Shown: in pieces, positions 1 to 9,668 of the stretch
Position numbering within the stretch: position 1 is the first letter of the stretch
How the letters are laid out: every line of letters begins with the position of its first letter
Assembly (NCBI GenBank): GCA_964394685.1
Contig: CAYMYO010000001.1
Span: forward strand, 128,132 to 192,131
Source of the DNA: an uncultured Gammaproteobacteria bacterium
Lineage (GTDB): Bacteria > Patescibacteriota > Microgenomatia > UBA10105 > UBA927
Length of the DNA stretch: 64,000 nt
Direction of reading: 5' to 3'
Notes under the pieces: generated by a model
What the model was told of the DNA's origin: nothing
Databases searched by the model: none
Seen by the model: only the letters and a program-made list of their open reading frames with translations
Program-made: the position numbers and the translations under genes

Positions 1-2261
1 GCCTCGTCATGCTTCTATTTACCTCCTCACGCATTTCATTTGGAGTCTACTTGCTCGTCATGACTGTTATGCTTTGGTGGCAGAATAAAAAGATATGGAT
101 TATCCCGATGATTATAGCGAGTTTTGTGGCGATGAGTTTGGTAAGCGGCGCATCCGAACGGTTTTATAAAACATTCAGGACCAGTGACGTTGTTGTTGAT
201 TTATCTACTGGCCGCCCCATTGGAACACTGGATAAACTTGAGGGATATCAAGCAACACTTGCTCAAAGCGAGTCACCGGCAGAGGAAAATTTGCCGACAG
301 GAAGTGAATATATAAATCTTGGATCAGTGAGCACTGATCAAATTAAAACAGTTTCTCTCTACCAAGCAAGAAATGTTTCTGGAGCGTCTGGAGAGATTGC
401 AACGATTTCCGGCAGCTTCCTCATTCAAAAAGCTCTTGTCTATGATATTTCCATTACTACCAGATTTCAGGGTCAATGGCCGCGGGCAATAGAAGCATTT
501 AAACGAAATATTTTTCTTGGAAGCGGATATTCATCTCTTTCTGTTGCAGTGGACGGGGATTATCATCGCATGTTTGGGGAAACCGGAATTATTGGTGCCA
601 TCGCTTTTTTGGGAATATTTGCTGCATCTTTTTTTATTTTTGCCAAGCGTATTGGAACACTTTCAACACTTGACCGGTCGTTTGTCATAGGTGTGTACGC
701 GGGTATGGTAGGACTTATTATTAACGCGGTTCTTATTGACGTATTTGAAGCGTCAAAAGTTGCCTATACCCTTTGGATTTTGCAAGGAGTCGTGTTGGCC
801 ATTCTTGTATCAAGGAAGCCATTTACGCTCCATTATGCTCACTATCTATGGAAATTGGCGACAAATAAGTGGGCGTACGTATGTTATTTGTTTTTAGCAG
901 TAACACTTATTTGGGGAAAAGCATACCAACTTTATTTTTTAGGAGATGATTTTACATGGCTTAAATGGGCTGCTCAAAGTAGTGTTTCAGACATCGGAAC
1001 GTTTTTTACCAACTCACAGGGATTTTTCTATCGTCCCATTCCAAAGTTATGGTATTTTCTTTTATTTTCTATTTTTTGGCTTAAACCTTTTGCATATCAT
1101 CTTATGTCGATAGGGTTATTACTTGGAACCACATGGCTTATATATATTGTATTTCATCAGGTATCTGTCAGAAAACCAATAGCATGGATTGGTGCGTTAG
1201 CATTTGCATCTTTATCAGTTCACCATGAAAATATTTATTGGATATCCGGTCAAAGCAGTATGTTATCCGGATTTTTTCTCCTTGCTTCAGTTGTCACTCT
1301 GGGTCAACCGTTATCATATGTGTTAGTCGCCCTTTCCATGTTATCTTATGACGGCATGGTGATAGCTCCGCTTGTACTTTTTGTTATTTCCTTGGTATAT
1401 GCAAAAAATAAGAAATTAAGTGTTGTATATTTACTATTTATTCCACTCTATTGGCTTCTTCGAAATTACGCGGGAGCGCTCGCATCAAGCGGGGATTATG
1501 GATATAAACTTTCAACGTTTGTCGTCAACACAATTGGCAACGTTACTGGATACACAGTATCAATATTTTTAGGTCCAGCGGTTGTTGAAAAATGGAACGC
1601 ATTTCGAGTACTGCTGAGGCCCCATCTGTGGGAAGTTACTATTGCAGGTATTCTTGCGATGGTCGGGTTATTCTTTTTATATCGCGGGTTTCGAAAAAAT
1701 ATTCCTATTGGAAATAAACTGCTTGTTTGGTTTTTGTGCTATCTCATTACTCTTGCTGCATACGCACCGCTTGGAGGAATGGCGGAACGGTATCTGTATA
1801 TTCCTTCAATATTTTTTATCATCGGATTTGTTCTACTTATCGATCGTTTGTGGAAAATCATTTCAATTATTGGAAAGTGCGTTGTCATTATCCTGACAGC
1901 TGGATTATTGTATATAAACATTGTTGATACCCAGCGAGTGGGGAACGATTGGATAAAAGCAAGCAGTGTTGTTGAACAAACGCTTCGTATTATTAAAAAG
2001 GAAGCATTTCCAGCGCTTTCTATAAAACAATTCTTTATCGCGGATATTCCAATTCGATATGGACGCGCATGGATATTTCCAACCGGTATGACAGATGCTT
2101 TATGGCATATCTATAGGCAAAGCCCTTATTCGGTAACTCCGGTATCTTCCATTGAAGAAGGATATTCGATGCAAGTTAAAACTGGTGATAGAGAGATATT
2201 TATATTTGATAATTTAGTTCTTAAACGAGGAATTAAGATTGATAAACCAGTTGAAAAATAA
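1..2261 (+). CDS. O-antigen ligase/polymerase-like membrane protein fused to a GT-C (PMT-like) membrane glycosyltransferase domain; 5' end lies outside the window
   Basis: Frame is open from the window edge. N-part has FTSSR and W..AIEAFKRNIFLGSG...D.DYHRMFGETGIIG (WaaL/Wzy_C-like). C-part has FLGDDFTWL...FFYRP and AERYLY (GT-C-like) plus many TM segments. Confidence 0.6.
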   Translation, partial: LVMLLFTSSRISFGVYLLVMTVMLWWQNKKIWIIPMIIASFVAMSLVSGASERFYKTFRTSDVVVDLSTGRPIGTLDKLEGYQATLAQSESPAEENLPTGSEYINLGSVSTDQIKTVSLYQARNVSGASGEIATISGSFLIQKALVYDISITTRFQGQWPRAIEAFKRNIFLGSGYSSLSVAVDGDYHRMFGETGIIGAIAFLGIFAASFFIFAKRIGTLSTLDRSFVIGVYAGMVGLIINAVLIDVFEASKVAYTLWILQGVVLAILVSRKPFTLHYAHYLWKLATNKWAYVCYLFLAVTLIWGKAYQLYFLGDDFTWLKWAAQSSVSDIGTFFTNSQGFFYRPIPKLWYFLLFSIFWLKPFAYHLMSIGLLLGTTWLIYIVFHQVSVRKPIAWIGALAFASLSVHHENIYWISGQSSMLSGFFLLASVVTLGQPLSYVLVALSMLSYDGMVIAPLVLFVISLVYAKNKKLSVVYLLFIPLYWLLRNYAGALASSGDYGYKLSTFVVNTIGNVTGYTVSIFLGPAVVEKWNAFRVLLRPHLWEVTIAGILAMVGLFFLYRGFRKNIPIGNKLLVWFLCYLITLAAYAPLGGMAERYLYIPSIFFIIGFVLLIDRLWKIISIIGKCVVIILTAGLLYINIVDTQRVGNDWIKASSVVEQTLRIIKKEAFPALSIKQFFIADIPIRYGRAWIFPTGMTDALWHIYRQSPYSVTPVSSIEEGYSMQVKTGDREIFIFDNLVLKRGIKIDKPVEK

Positions 2262-2265
2262 TTTT

Positions 2266-3705
2266 ATGAGAAAGAAATATTTTTTAGTTATCATATTTTT
2301 TATTATCGCGATTGTGAGTATCATTCTTCGCATGTACAAGATAACAGCGCCCGTTGCCGACTGGCACAGTTGGAGGCAAGCAGATACAGCGGCTGTTGCA
2401 AGAAACTATATGAGATTTGGTATCGATCCATTACGGCCTCGCTATGATGATTTGTCTAATATCCAATCAGGGCATGATAATCCCCAAGGGTATCGAATGG
2501 TTGAGTTTCCGTTGTATCAAGTCGTCGGAGCATATATTGGAAATATGTTTTCAACAATTCCAATCGAAGTTATTTTACGGGTTCTTACGGCTATTGCATC
2601 AACAATTACCGGACTTGCGCTTGGAATAGTAATCCTTCGGAGAATCGGAACGGTGGCTGGAATTGCAACCTTTTTTGTGTATGCAATTCTTCCGTACAGC
2701 ATGTATTACGGAAGAACAATATTGCCTGATCCGCACGCTGTCATGTTGGCAGTTGGGAGCGTACTGTGTGTTGATATCGGAATGACAGCGCAAAAAAGAA
2801 AGTGGGTGTACATCATACTGGGAACTGTCATGGCGGCATTAGCAATGCTGGTCAAACCCGTTGCAGGATTTTTACTTCTTCCAATAATTGGCATAGTTCT
2901 ACCCAATAGAAAAAACATTCTATCATCGCTTGGAATATTATTTTTTTATGGAGCTATCGCAATTGTTCCTTTTCTTTTATGGAGACAATGGATTTTGAAG
3001 TACCCGGAAGGAATTGCCGTATACACGTGGTTATTTAACGCAAATAATATCCGTTTTAAAGGCGCGTGGTTTAACTGGCTTTTCGCTGAAAGGATCGCTA
3101 AACTCATACTTGGTTATTGGGGAATGATTCTATTGGGATTCGGACTTGTCGCACCAGTGAAAAAAGAACATAAAGGAATACTTTTTTGGTTTGTTATCGG
3201 ATCTCTCGCGTACATGACTATTTTAGCAGCGGGTAACGTTCAGCATGACTATTATCAGATTTTGATTCTCCCAACAATAACTGCAGTTGTAGGAACCGGT
3301 ATTGGGTGGATGATGACGCAAAAAGGAAACAGAATTGCATTATATCTGACAACTATTGTCAGCGTCATATTTATGTGCATGTTTTCCTGGTATACAATTC
3401 GCACGTATTATTGGATTAACCGTCCGGAGATTGTTGAAGCAGGGAACATGGCAAATACACTTCTTCCAAAAGATGCAAAAGTGATAGTTCCGTATAACGG
3501 GGACACAACATTTTTATATCAAACAGGCCGTCAGGGATGGCCATTGGGATTTGATATTGATAAAAAAATCAAAATGGGGGCAACACACTATGTAACTGTA
3601 TCTCCAACAGATGCAGATCTTGAAACCAGAGACTTAGCGAAAATGTATACAGTACTAGTTCGCAATGACAAGTATGCAATTATTGATTTAACGAAAAAAC
3701 AATGA
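2266..3705 (+). CDS. GT-C fold membrane glycosyltransferase (ArnT/PMT-like)
   Basis: DWHSWRQADTAAVARN, EFPLY and LVKP motifs; multi-TM; ATG 2266 follows the upstream stop. Confidence 0.7.
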   Translation: MRKKYFLVIIFFIIAIVSIILRMYKITAPVADWHSWRQADTAAVARNYMRFGIDPLRPRYDDLSNIQSGHDNPQGYRMVEFPLYQVVGAYIGNMFSTIPIEVILRVLTAIASTITGLALGIVILRRIGTVAGIATFFVYAILPYSMYYGRTILPDPHAVMLAVGSVLCVDIGMTAQKRKWVYIILGTVMAALAMLVKPVAGFLLLPIIGIVLPNRKNILSSLGILFFYGAIAIVPFLLWRQWILKYPEGIAVYTWLFNANNIRFKGAWFNWLFAERIAKLILGYWGMILLGFGLVAPVKKEHKGILFWFVIGSLAYMTILAAGNVQHDYYQILILPTITAVVGTGIGWMMTQKGNRIALYLTTIVSVIFMCMFSWYTIRTYYWINRPEIVEAGNMANTLLPKDAKVIVPYNGDTTFLYQTGRQGWPLGFDIDKKIKMGATHYVTVSPTDADLETRDLAKMYTVLVRNDKYAIIDLTKKQ

Positions 3706-4895
3706 ACATTCTTTTTATAAGCGCAGTACTTCCATATCCACTCCATTCCGGAGGGCAAATCCGGATGTATCAACTGCTGAAACGATTATCCAAAAAACAT
3801 TCAATCACCCTTCTTTCGTTTATTCGAAATGAAAAGGAGAAAGAATATCTGAAAGACCTATCATTTTTAACTCGTGTGGAAACGGTTTATCGCGGGAAAG
3901 CTCTTCAATTAAAATACCTTCTCGGCGCTTTAGGAAATTATTCCTGGTTATTGTCTTCATACAACAATAAGGAAATGAGAGAACGTATCAAGTATCACAT
4001 ATCCCCGCCTGCCGGACGGGCAGGAAGTATCAAGTATGATTTGATTCATATCGAACCGTTTTATGTCTATCCATCACTTCCAAAACTTCCTATTCCACTG
4101 GTGATTGGTGAGCACAATGTTGAATATTCTATTTATGAACAATATGTACGAAAATTTCCTTTATCGTTTCTTCGACCATTTTTGTTTTTTGATGTTGTGA
4201 AAACACGAATTTGGGAAGAAACTGTTTGGAAAAAAACACAAACATTGCTTTCTGTTTCAGAAGCTGATCGTGAGGTCATGGCTAAGATTCGAACAAAACC
4301 AATTACCGTTATTCCCAATGGTGTTGATTGCGATTTTTATAGATATTCAAAAAAAACAATTACCGCGAGCTCACTTCGATGTTTATTTATCGGAGATTTT
4401 GCATGGATGCCGAATAGGGAAGCTGTGTCAACACTCCTTAAATCTATATGGCCAACTATTCTGGCAGTTTATCCTAAGGCAACGCTTACAGTTGTTGGAA
4501 AACAATTTCCGAAAGCGCTTGCACAGTATGTAAATACATCTGTAACGCTGGTAGAGCATGTTCCTGACATACGAACGATGTATGGCGCACATTCGATTCT
4601 TCTTGCTCCTATGGGAATCGGAGGTGGGACAAAATTTAAACTTTTAGAAGCAATGGCTTCTGGACTTGTTGTTATAACAACAAAAGAGGGGAGAATGGGG
4701 CTTTCAATGAAGCCTGAACAAGATTTATTCGAAGCTCGAACAAATGAAGCGTATCTTGAGAAAATACAAGAATTATGTGCTCATTCAGAAAAAGTATCTT
4801 CTATGACTAGGCATGCTCGGAATATCATCGAAGAACAATACAATTGGGATACAATAGCCCAGTTGCAAGATACAGTATGGAGGTCAACCGTATGA
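3702..4895 (+). CDS. Glycosyltransferase family 4
   Basis: PYPLHSGG, IPNGVD, GGTKFKLLEAMASG; carries a palindromic insert at 4004-4024. Confidence 0.85.
   Translation: MNILFISAVLPYPLHSGGQIRMYQLLKRLSKKHSITLLSFIRNEKEKEYLKDLSFLTRVETVYRGKALQLKYLLGALGNYSWLLSSYNNKEMRERIKYHISPPAGRAGSIKYDLIHIEPFYVYPSLPKLPIPLVIGEHNVEYSIYEQYVRKFPLSFLRPFLFFDVVKTRIWEETVWKKTQTLLSVSEADREVMAKIRTKPITVIPNGVDCDFYRYSKKTITASSLRCLFIGDFAWMPNREAVSTLLKSIWPTILAVYPKATLTVVGKQFPKALAQYVNTSVTLVEHVPDIRTMYGAHSILLAPMGIGGGTKFKLLEAMASGLVVITTKEGRMGLSMKPEQDLFEARTNEAYLEKIQELCAHSEKVSSMTRHARNIIEEQYNWDTIAQLQDTVWRSTV
3984..4039 (+). repeat. Degenerate heptamer tandem array (AGTATCA unit) interrupted by a 21-nt palindromic element
   Basis: CGTATCA AGTATCA CATATC[21 nt]A AGTATCA AGTATGA. 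Confidence 0.7.
4004..4024. repeat. Family-A palindromic mini-element (diverged copy), in frame in the GT4 gene
   Basis: CCCGCCTGCCGGACGGGCAGG, 21 nt; encodes PPAGRAG. Confidence 0.75.
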
Positions 4896-5770
4896 AGTCG
4901 ATTGATATATCTGTTGTTATTTTAAATTTTAATACTCTCGAGCTTACAAAACGTTGCTTAGAAAGTTTGAAGCGGTCAAAGTTAGGATCATGCACCATGG
5001 AGATTATTGTCTGCGACAACGCTTCAACGGATGGAACTATGGAGATGATCAAAAAAGAATTTCCGGATGTAGTACGTATTCAAAACAACGGGAATATCGG
5101 ATTTGCAGCTGGAAACAATTCAGGAATAAAACAAGCGAAAGGAAGATATGTTCTCCTTCTTAACTCTGATACGGAAGTTGAACCAAATGTTTTGAAATCC
5201 ATGATTGCTTTCATGGACGTTCATCCAAAAACAGGTGCAGCTACATGTAAACTTCAGCTATTAGATGGAACTATGGATCCGGCGTGCCATCGTGGTCTTC
5301 CAACACCATGGAATGCATTTACGTATTATGCAAGATTAGAAAAACTATTTCCAAAAGTAAAACTCCTTAGCGGTTATCATCAGTTATATAAAGATCTATC
5401 TACTATTCATGAAGTTGAAAGCATTAGCGGCGCGTTTTTTCTGGTACGGCGCGAAGTGATTGAATCTGTTGGCGTGCTTGATGAAGACTACTTTATGTAC
5501 GGAGAGGATATTGATTGGGCATATAGAATAAAAGTTGCAGGTTGGCAGATATGGTTTAATCCAAACGTTACTACGTTACATAAAAAGAAACAAAGTGGAC
5601 GGTCTCATAGCAATCGCGAGCGCAGGATTAAAACTCAAACGCTATTTATCACCTATAATAAATTGTTTTATACAAAACATTATGAAAAGAAATATCCATG
5701 GTTTATTACGTGGATTGTATATCGAGCGTTTGATCTGCAACTAGTTCTGTTAAAACTTTTTGGAATATAA
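4892..5770 (+). CDS. Glycosyltransferase family 2 (rhamnosyltransferase WbbL-like)
   Basis: DNASTDG, NIGFAAGNN, LLNSD, FMYGEDIDW; ATG 4892 overlaps the upstream stop. Confidence 0.85.
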   Translation: MKSIDISVVILNFNTLELTKRCLESLKRSKLGSCTMEIIVCDNASTDGTMEMIKKEFPDVVRIQNNGNIGFAAGNNSGIKQAKGRYVLLLNSDTEVEPNVLKSMIAFMDVHPKTGAATCKLQLLDGTMDPACHRGLPTPWNAFTYYARLEKLFPKVKLLSGYHQLYKDLSTIHEVESISGAFFLVRREVIESVGVLDEDYFMYGEDIDWAYRIKVAGWQIWFNPNVTTLHKKKQSGRSHSNRERRIKTQTLFITYNKLFYTKHYEKKYPWFITWIVYRAFDLQLVLLKLFGI

Positions 5771-5775
5771 CACAT

Positions 5776-6867
5776 ATGCGAATTGGCATTGATGCACGGC
5801 TTATCAATGAAACGGGAGTTGGACGGTATATCCGTAATTTACTTGCGGAATTAGCCCTTCTTGATACACCTCACACGTTTGTTGTGTTTTTGCTCCCTGA
5901 TGCCTATGATACGTTTCATCTGCCAGCTGGCAGATGGGAGAAGCGAATTGCTAATGTCCATTGGCATACGCTTAAAGAACAACTGGTTATGCCGAAGTTA
6001 TTTAACAAAGCACAAGTAGATCTTGTTCATATTCCATATTTCAATGTTCCTCTATTTATTCCAAAGCCATATATTGTGACAATTCACGATTTAACAGTAC
6101 TACACTACCAGACGGGAAAAGCTACCACACTGCCATATATATTATATGTTCTAAAATGGATTGGATATTATTTGGTTCTTCGTATTGGACTTGCAAGAGC
6201 AAAACACATCATTGCCGTGTCAAAGACAGTTCGTGATGATTTACAACAAAGTCTTGGAGTGCCGAAAGACAAGATAACCGTTACGTACGAAGGAGTAGAT
6301 AAAAGTATCAAGTATGAAAATACGAAATTAAAAATTCATCAACCGTATTTATTATATGTCGGGAATGCATACCCACATAAAAATGTTGAAATGCTCATTC
6401 GAGCTTTTGATACGTTTAAAAAAATACCAGAAGGAAAAGATTTCCACTTAGTACTTATCGGATCAGATACCATGTTTTATAAAAGGCTCCATAGGCTTGT
6501 TGAAACGCTACCATCAAAAGTCGCAATTCAGTTTATGGGGACAATTTCGGATGAAGATCTTGTCCATGCATATACGTATGCGCACGCGCTTGTCTTTCCT
6601 TCACTTTCTGAAGGATTTGGACTGCCGGCTCTTGAAGCTCTGTCTCTCGGATGCCCTGTTATTTGTTCTGATATTCCAATATTTCATGAGATATTAGGAA
6701 GCTCTGCGACCTATTTTAATCCGAAGTCCGTAGACTCACTTGTATCTGTTTTACGCAGCGTGTCGAAAAAAATGGAAATGCCAGATGTAAACGTATTAAA
6801 ACGATATTCATGGAATAAAATGGCAGCGCAAACACTCGCGATATATGAACGTAGCACTGGTGTATGA
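5776..6867 (+). CDS. Glycosyltransferase family 4 (mannosyltransferase MtfB-like)
   Basis: MRIGIDAR, TIHDL, HKN, EGFGLPALEA. Confidence 0.85.
   Translation: MRIGIDARLINETGVGRYIRNLLAELALLDTPHTFVVFLLPDAYDTFHLPAGRWEKRIANVHWHTLKEQLVMPKLFNKAQVDLVHIPYFNVPLFIPKPYIVTIHDLTVLHYQTGKATTLPYILYVLKWIGYYLVLRIGLARAKHIIAVSKTVRDDLQQSLGVPKDKITVTYEGVDKSIKYENTKLKIHQPYLLYVGNAYPHKNVEMLIRAFDTFKKIPEGKDFHLVLIGSDTMFYKRLHRLVETLPSKVAIQFMGTISDEDLVHAYTYAHALVFPSLSEGFGLPALEALSLGCPVICSDIPIFHEILGSSATYFNPKSVDSLVSVLRSVSKKMEMPDVNVLKRYSWNKMAAQTLAIYERSTGV
5917..5936. repeat. Family-B perfect 20-bp palindrome inside the GT4 gene
   Basis: CATCTGCCAGCTGGCAGATG equals its own reverse complement; encodes HLPAGRW. Confidence 0.6.
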
Positions 6868-7936
6868 TCGGGTAAATAAGATTGGTGGAGCAGAACGAGT
6901 ACTTCTCGCACTTCACGAACTATTTCCTGATGCGCCTCTTTATACAGCCGTGTATGATCCCAAAAGAGCTTCATGGGCAGAGGTTTTTCAAGTCAAGCCA
7001 ACATGGATGAACTCGATACCACTTGCCAAATCTAATCATGAATTTTTTCCCTGGTTAACTCCGTTTGCGTTTGAATCCATTGATTTTGATGATTTTGATC
7101 TGGTGATATCAATAACTAGCGCGGAGGCCAAATCCATCATCACAAAACCAAAAACAAAACACATCTGTTATTGTCTGACACCCACGAGGTATTTATGGAG
7201 CGGTTTTAACTTTTATACAAACAAAACAGATCTTTCCTCATTTTTTTTGAAGCTTTTCGCGCCAATGCTTCGGAAATGGGATCTTGTTGCATCGACACGC
7301 CCTGATTATATGATTGCCATTTCCCAGCGTGTTGCAAAACGGGTGAAGCAATATTACAAACGATCTGTTGATTCGGTTATTTATCCGCCGGTTCAAACTG
7401 ATTTTTTTATTCCCGCTCTTAAATCACGAAATGATTATTATCTCTATGTATCACGTCTCGTTTCATATAAAAGGCCTGATATTGTTATTGACGCATTTAA
7501 TAAAAACGGACATCCACTTGTTGTCGTTGGCACCGGGAGTCAAAAACAACGTCTTATGGAACAAGCAAAGGGAAATATTACGTTTACTGGACCCATTGTT
7601 ACTGATATTGAACTGCGTACGTATTATCAGCACTGCCGCGCATTAGTATTTGCTGGTGACGAAGATTTCGGTATTGTTGCTGCTGAGGCGCAAAGTTGTG
7701 GAAAACCAGTGATAGCATATAAACAGAGTGGAATTTCTGAAATTGTTATAGACGGCAAAACAGGAATATTGTTTGATAAGCAAACTGCTTCGTCATTGCA
7801 GTCGGTTGTTGAAAAAGAACGGACAATGACATTTGATAGCAGCGTGTGTCGAACGCAAGGAGTCCGTTTTGATGAGCATCGTTTTAAAGAAGAATTTCGA
7901 ACATTTATAAAAACCGTGTATAATACTTCTTTATGA
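6845..7936 (+). CDS. Glycosyltransferase family 4 (WbaZ-like)
   Basis: GGAERVL, YCLTPTRYLW, EDFGIVAAEAQSCG. Confidence 0.85.
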   Translation: MNVALVYDRVNKIGGAERVLLALHELFPDAPLYTAVYDPKRASWAEVFQVKPTWMNSIPLAKSNHEFFPWLTPFAFESIDFDDFDLVISITSAEAKSIITKPKTKHICYCLTPTRYLWSGFNFYTNKTDLSSFFLKLFAPMLRKWDLVASTRPDYMIAISQRVAKRVKQYYKRSVDSVIYPPVQTDFFIPALKSRNDYYLYVSRLVSYKRPDIVIDAFNKNGHPLVVVGTGSQKQRLMEQAKGNITFTGPIVTDIELRTYYQHCRALVFAGDEDFGIVAAEAQSCGKPVIAYKQSGISEIVIDGKTGILFDKQTASSLQSVVEKERTMTFDSSVCRTQGVRFDEHRFKEEFRTFIKTVYNTSL

Positions 7937-9015
7937 AGGTAATCATATTTGCTGGAGGTGTTGGATCACGACTTTGGCCACTTTCTCGAAAAAAATCTCC
8001 GAAGCAATTCGAAAAGATCATCGGAGACAAATCAACGCTTCAACTAGCTGCTTTCAGACTTCAACCTGATTTTAAATGGCAGGATATCTATGTAGCCACG
8101 AATTCAAGCTACGCAGATATTGTGCATGAGCAACTTCCTCAATTACATCCAAATCACGTCATAGGAGAACCAGTTATGCGGGATGTCGGTCCTGCAGTTG
8201 GATTGGCAGCAGCCATTTTAGCTCGTGAAAATCCACTTGAGCCAATGGTTATTCTCTGGAGCGATCATCTGGTTAAAAAAGACGCACTGTTTAGAAAAAT
8301 TCTTCTTTCAGCGGGATCACTGGTTGAAAAAGAACAAGATAGGATAGTCTTTGTTGCTCAAAAAGCCCGTTTCGCGAGTGAAAATTTAGGGTGGATAAAC
8401 TTCGGAAAAGAAGTAAAAAATAGTGACGGAACTACATTTCATTCATTTGTAGATTTTCAATATAGACCGGACGGGGTAACGGCGAAACAATATTTTGAAA
8501 GTGGCCATCATGCGTGGAATTTAGGATATTTTGTCACAACACCTAAGTTTTTATTATCGTTATATGAAACATTTGTCCCGAATGTATATAAGGGAATATC
8601 GCAAATTGCAGAAACCTGGCATACTGATGCGTTTAATAAAACCCTTGAGGATGTATACCCAACACTTGAAAAAATTAGTTTTGATAACGCAATATTGGAA
8701 AAGTTAAACCCCGCGAATGCGTATGTCGTGTCGGAAAATATCGAATGGAGTGATATTGGTGCGTGGGAAGCGCTTAAAGAAGCGCTCGAGGAGTCAAAAA
8801 ATAAGAATGTGACGCAGGGAAGAGTGTTATTGCAAGACACAGAAGATTCACTTGTGTATAACTACGGAAAACAACTCGTTGTTGCCATCGATGGAAGCGA
8901 GCTTCTTGTTGTCAATACTGATGATGTCATCATGATATGTAAAAAAACATCTGTGCCAAAAATTAAAAAACTTGTTGAAAGTTTTAATGGAACAGAACAT
9001 GAAAAACTTACCTGA
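7933..9015 (+). CDS. manC: Mannose-1-phosphate guanylyltransferase
   Basis: AGGVGSRLWPLSR..PKQF, SDH, ISFDNAILEK, WSDIGAW. Confidence 0.85.
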   Translation: MKVIIFAGGVGSRLWPLSRKKSPKQFEKIIGDKSTLQLAAFRLQPDFKWQDIYVATNSSYADIVHEQLPQLHPNHVIGEPVMRDVGPAVGLAAAILARENPLEPMVILWSDHLVKKDALFRKILLSAGSLVEKEQDRIVFVAQKARFASENLGWINFGKEVKNSDGTTFHSFVDFQYRPDGVTAKQYFESGHHAWNLGYFVTTPKFLLSLYETFVPNVYKGISQIAETWHTDAFNKTLEDVYPTLEKISFDNAILEKLNPANAYVVSENIEWSDIGAWEALKEALEESKNKNVTQGRVLLQDTEDSLVYNYGKQLVVAIDGSELLVVNTDDVIMICKKTSVPKIKKLVESFNGTEHEKLT

Positions 9016-9658
9016 ACCCATGTGGTATGCGTTTACAAAGAGGTGTGTTGATATTTTAGGTGGACTGACCATCAGTCTTGTGTTTCTCCCGGTTTCTCTT
9101 GTTACAGCCATTGCCATCATCCTTGATAGTCCCGGACCTATTTTTGCAGACACCCCAGAGCGGGTTGGTAAGGGGGGAAAATTATTTAAACTGTATAAAT
9201 TCCGTTCAATGATCGTAAACGCCCATTCTATGCTTCGATGTGATCCAACAATGAAGAAATTGTATGAAGAGTACCGGCATAATAGTTATAAATTGAAAAA
9301 AGATCCACGAGTAACACGTGTCGGTCGGTTTATCAGAAAACACTCGATTGATGAAATCCCACAATTATTAAACGTGCTATGGGGAGATATGAGTTTAGTT
9401 GGTCCACGGCCATACTACCCCGATGAACTCAGGGAGCAGCAAAAAAAATATCCTCATACAAAAGAACTCGTAAAAATCGTGTTGTCTGCTAAACCAGGAG
9501 TTACCGGTTATTGGCAAGTGTCAGGAAGAAGTGAAGTAAATTTCGATAAACGAATTCAAATGGACGCGGAATACGTCATACGACGATCATTACTTTTTGA
9601 TATTATCATTATGCTTAAAAGCCCTTGGGCTATGATTTCAGGAATTGGTGCCGTATAA
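8999..9658 (+). CDS. Priming sugar transferase (undecaprenyl-phosphate glycosylphosphotransferase, WbaP/EpsE-like catalytic domain)
   Basis: [50 protein letters not shown]. Confidence 0.9.
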   Translation: MKNLPEPMWYAFTKRCVDILGGLTISLVFLPVSLVTAIAIILDSPGPIFADTPERVGKGGKLFKLYKFRSMIVNAHSMLRCDPTMKKLYEEYRHNSYKLKKDPRVTRVGRFIRKHSIDEIPQLLNVLWGDMSLVGPRPYYPDELREQQKKYPHTKELVKIVLSAKPGVTGYWQVSGRSEVNFDKRIQMDAEYVIRRSLLFDIIIMLKSPWAMISGIGAV

Positions 9659-9668
9659 TATCTACGAC

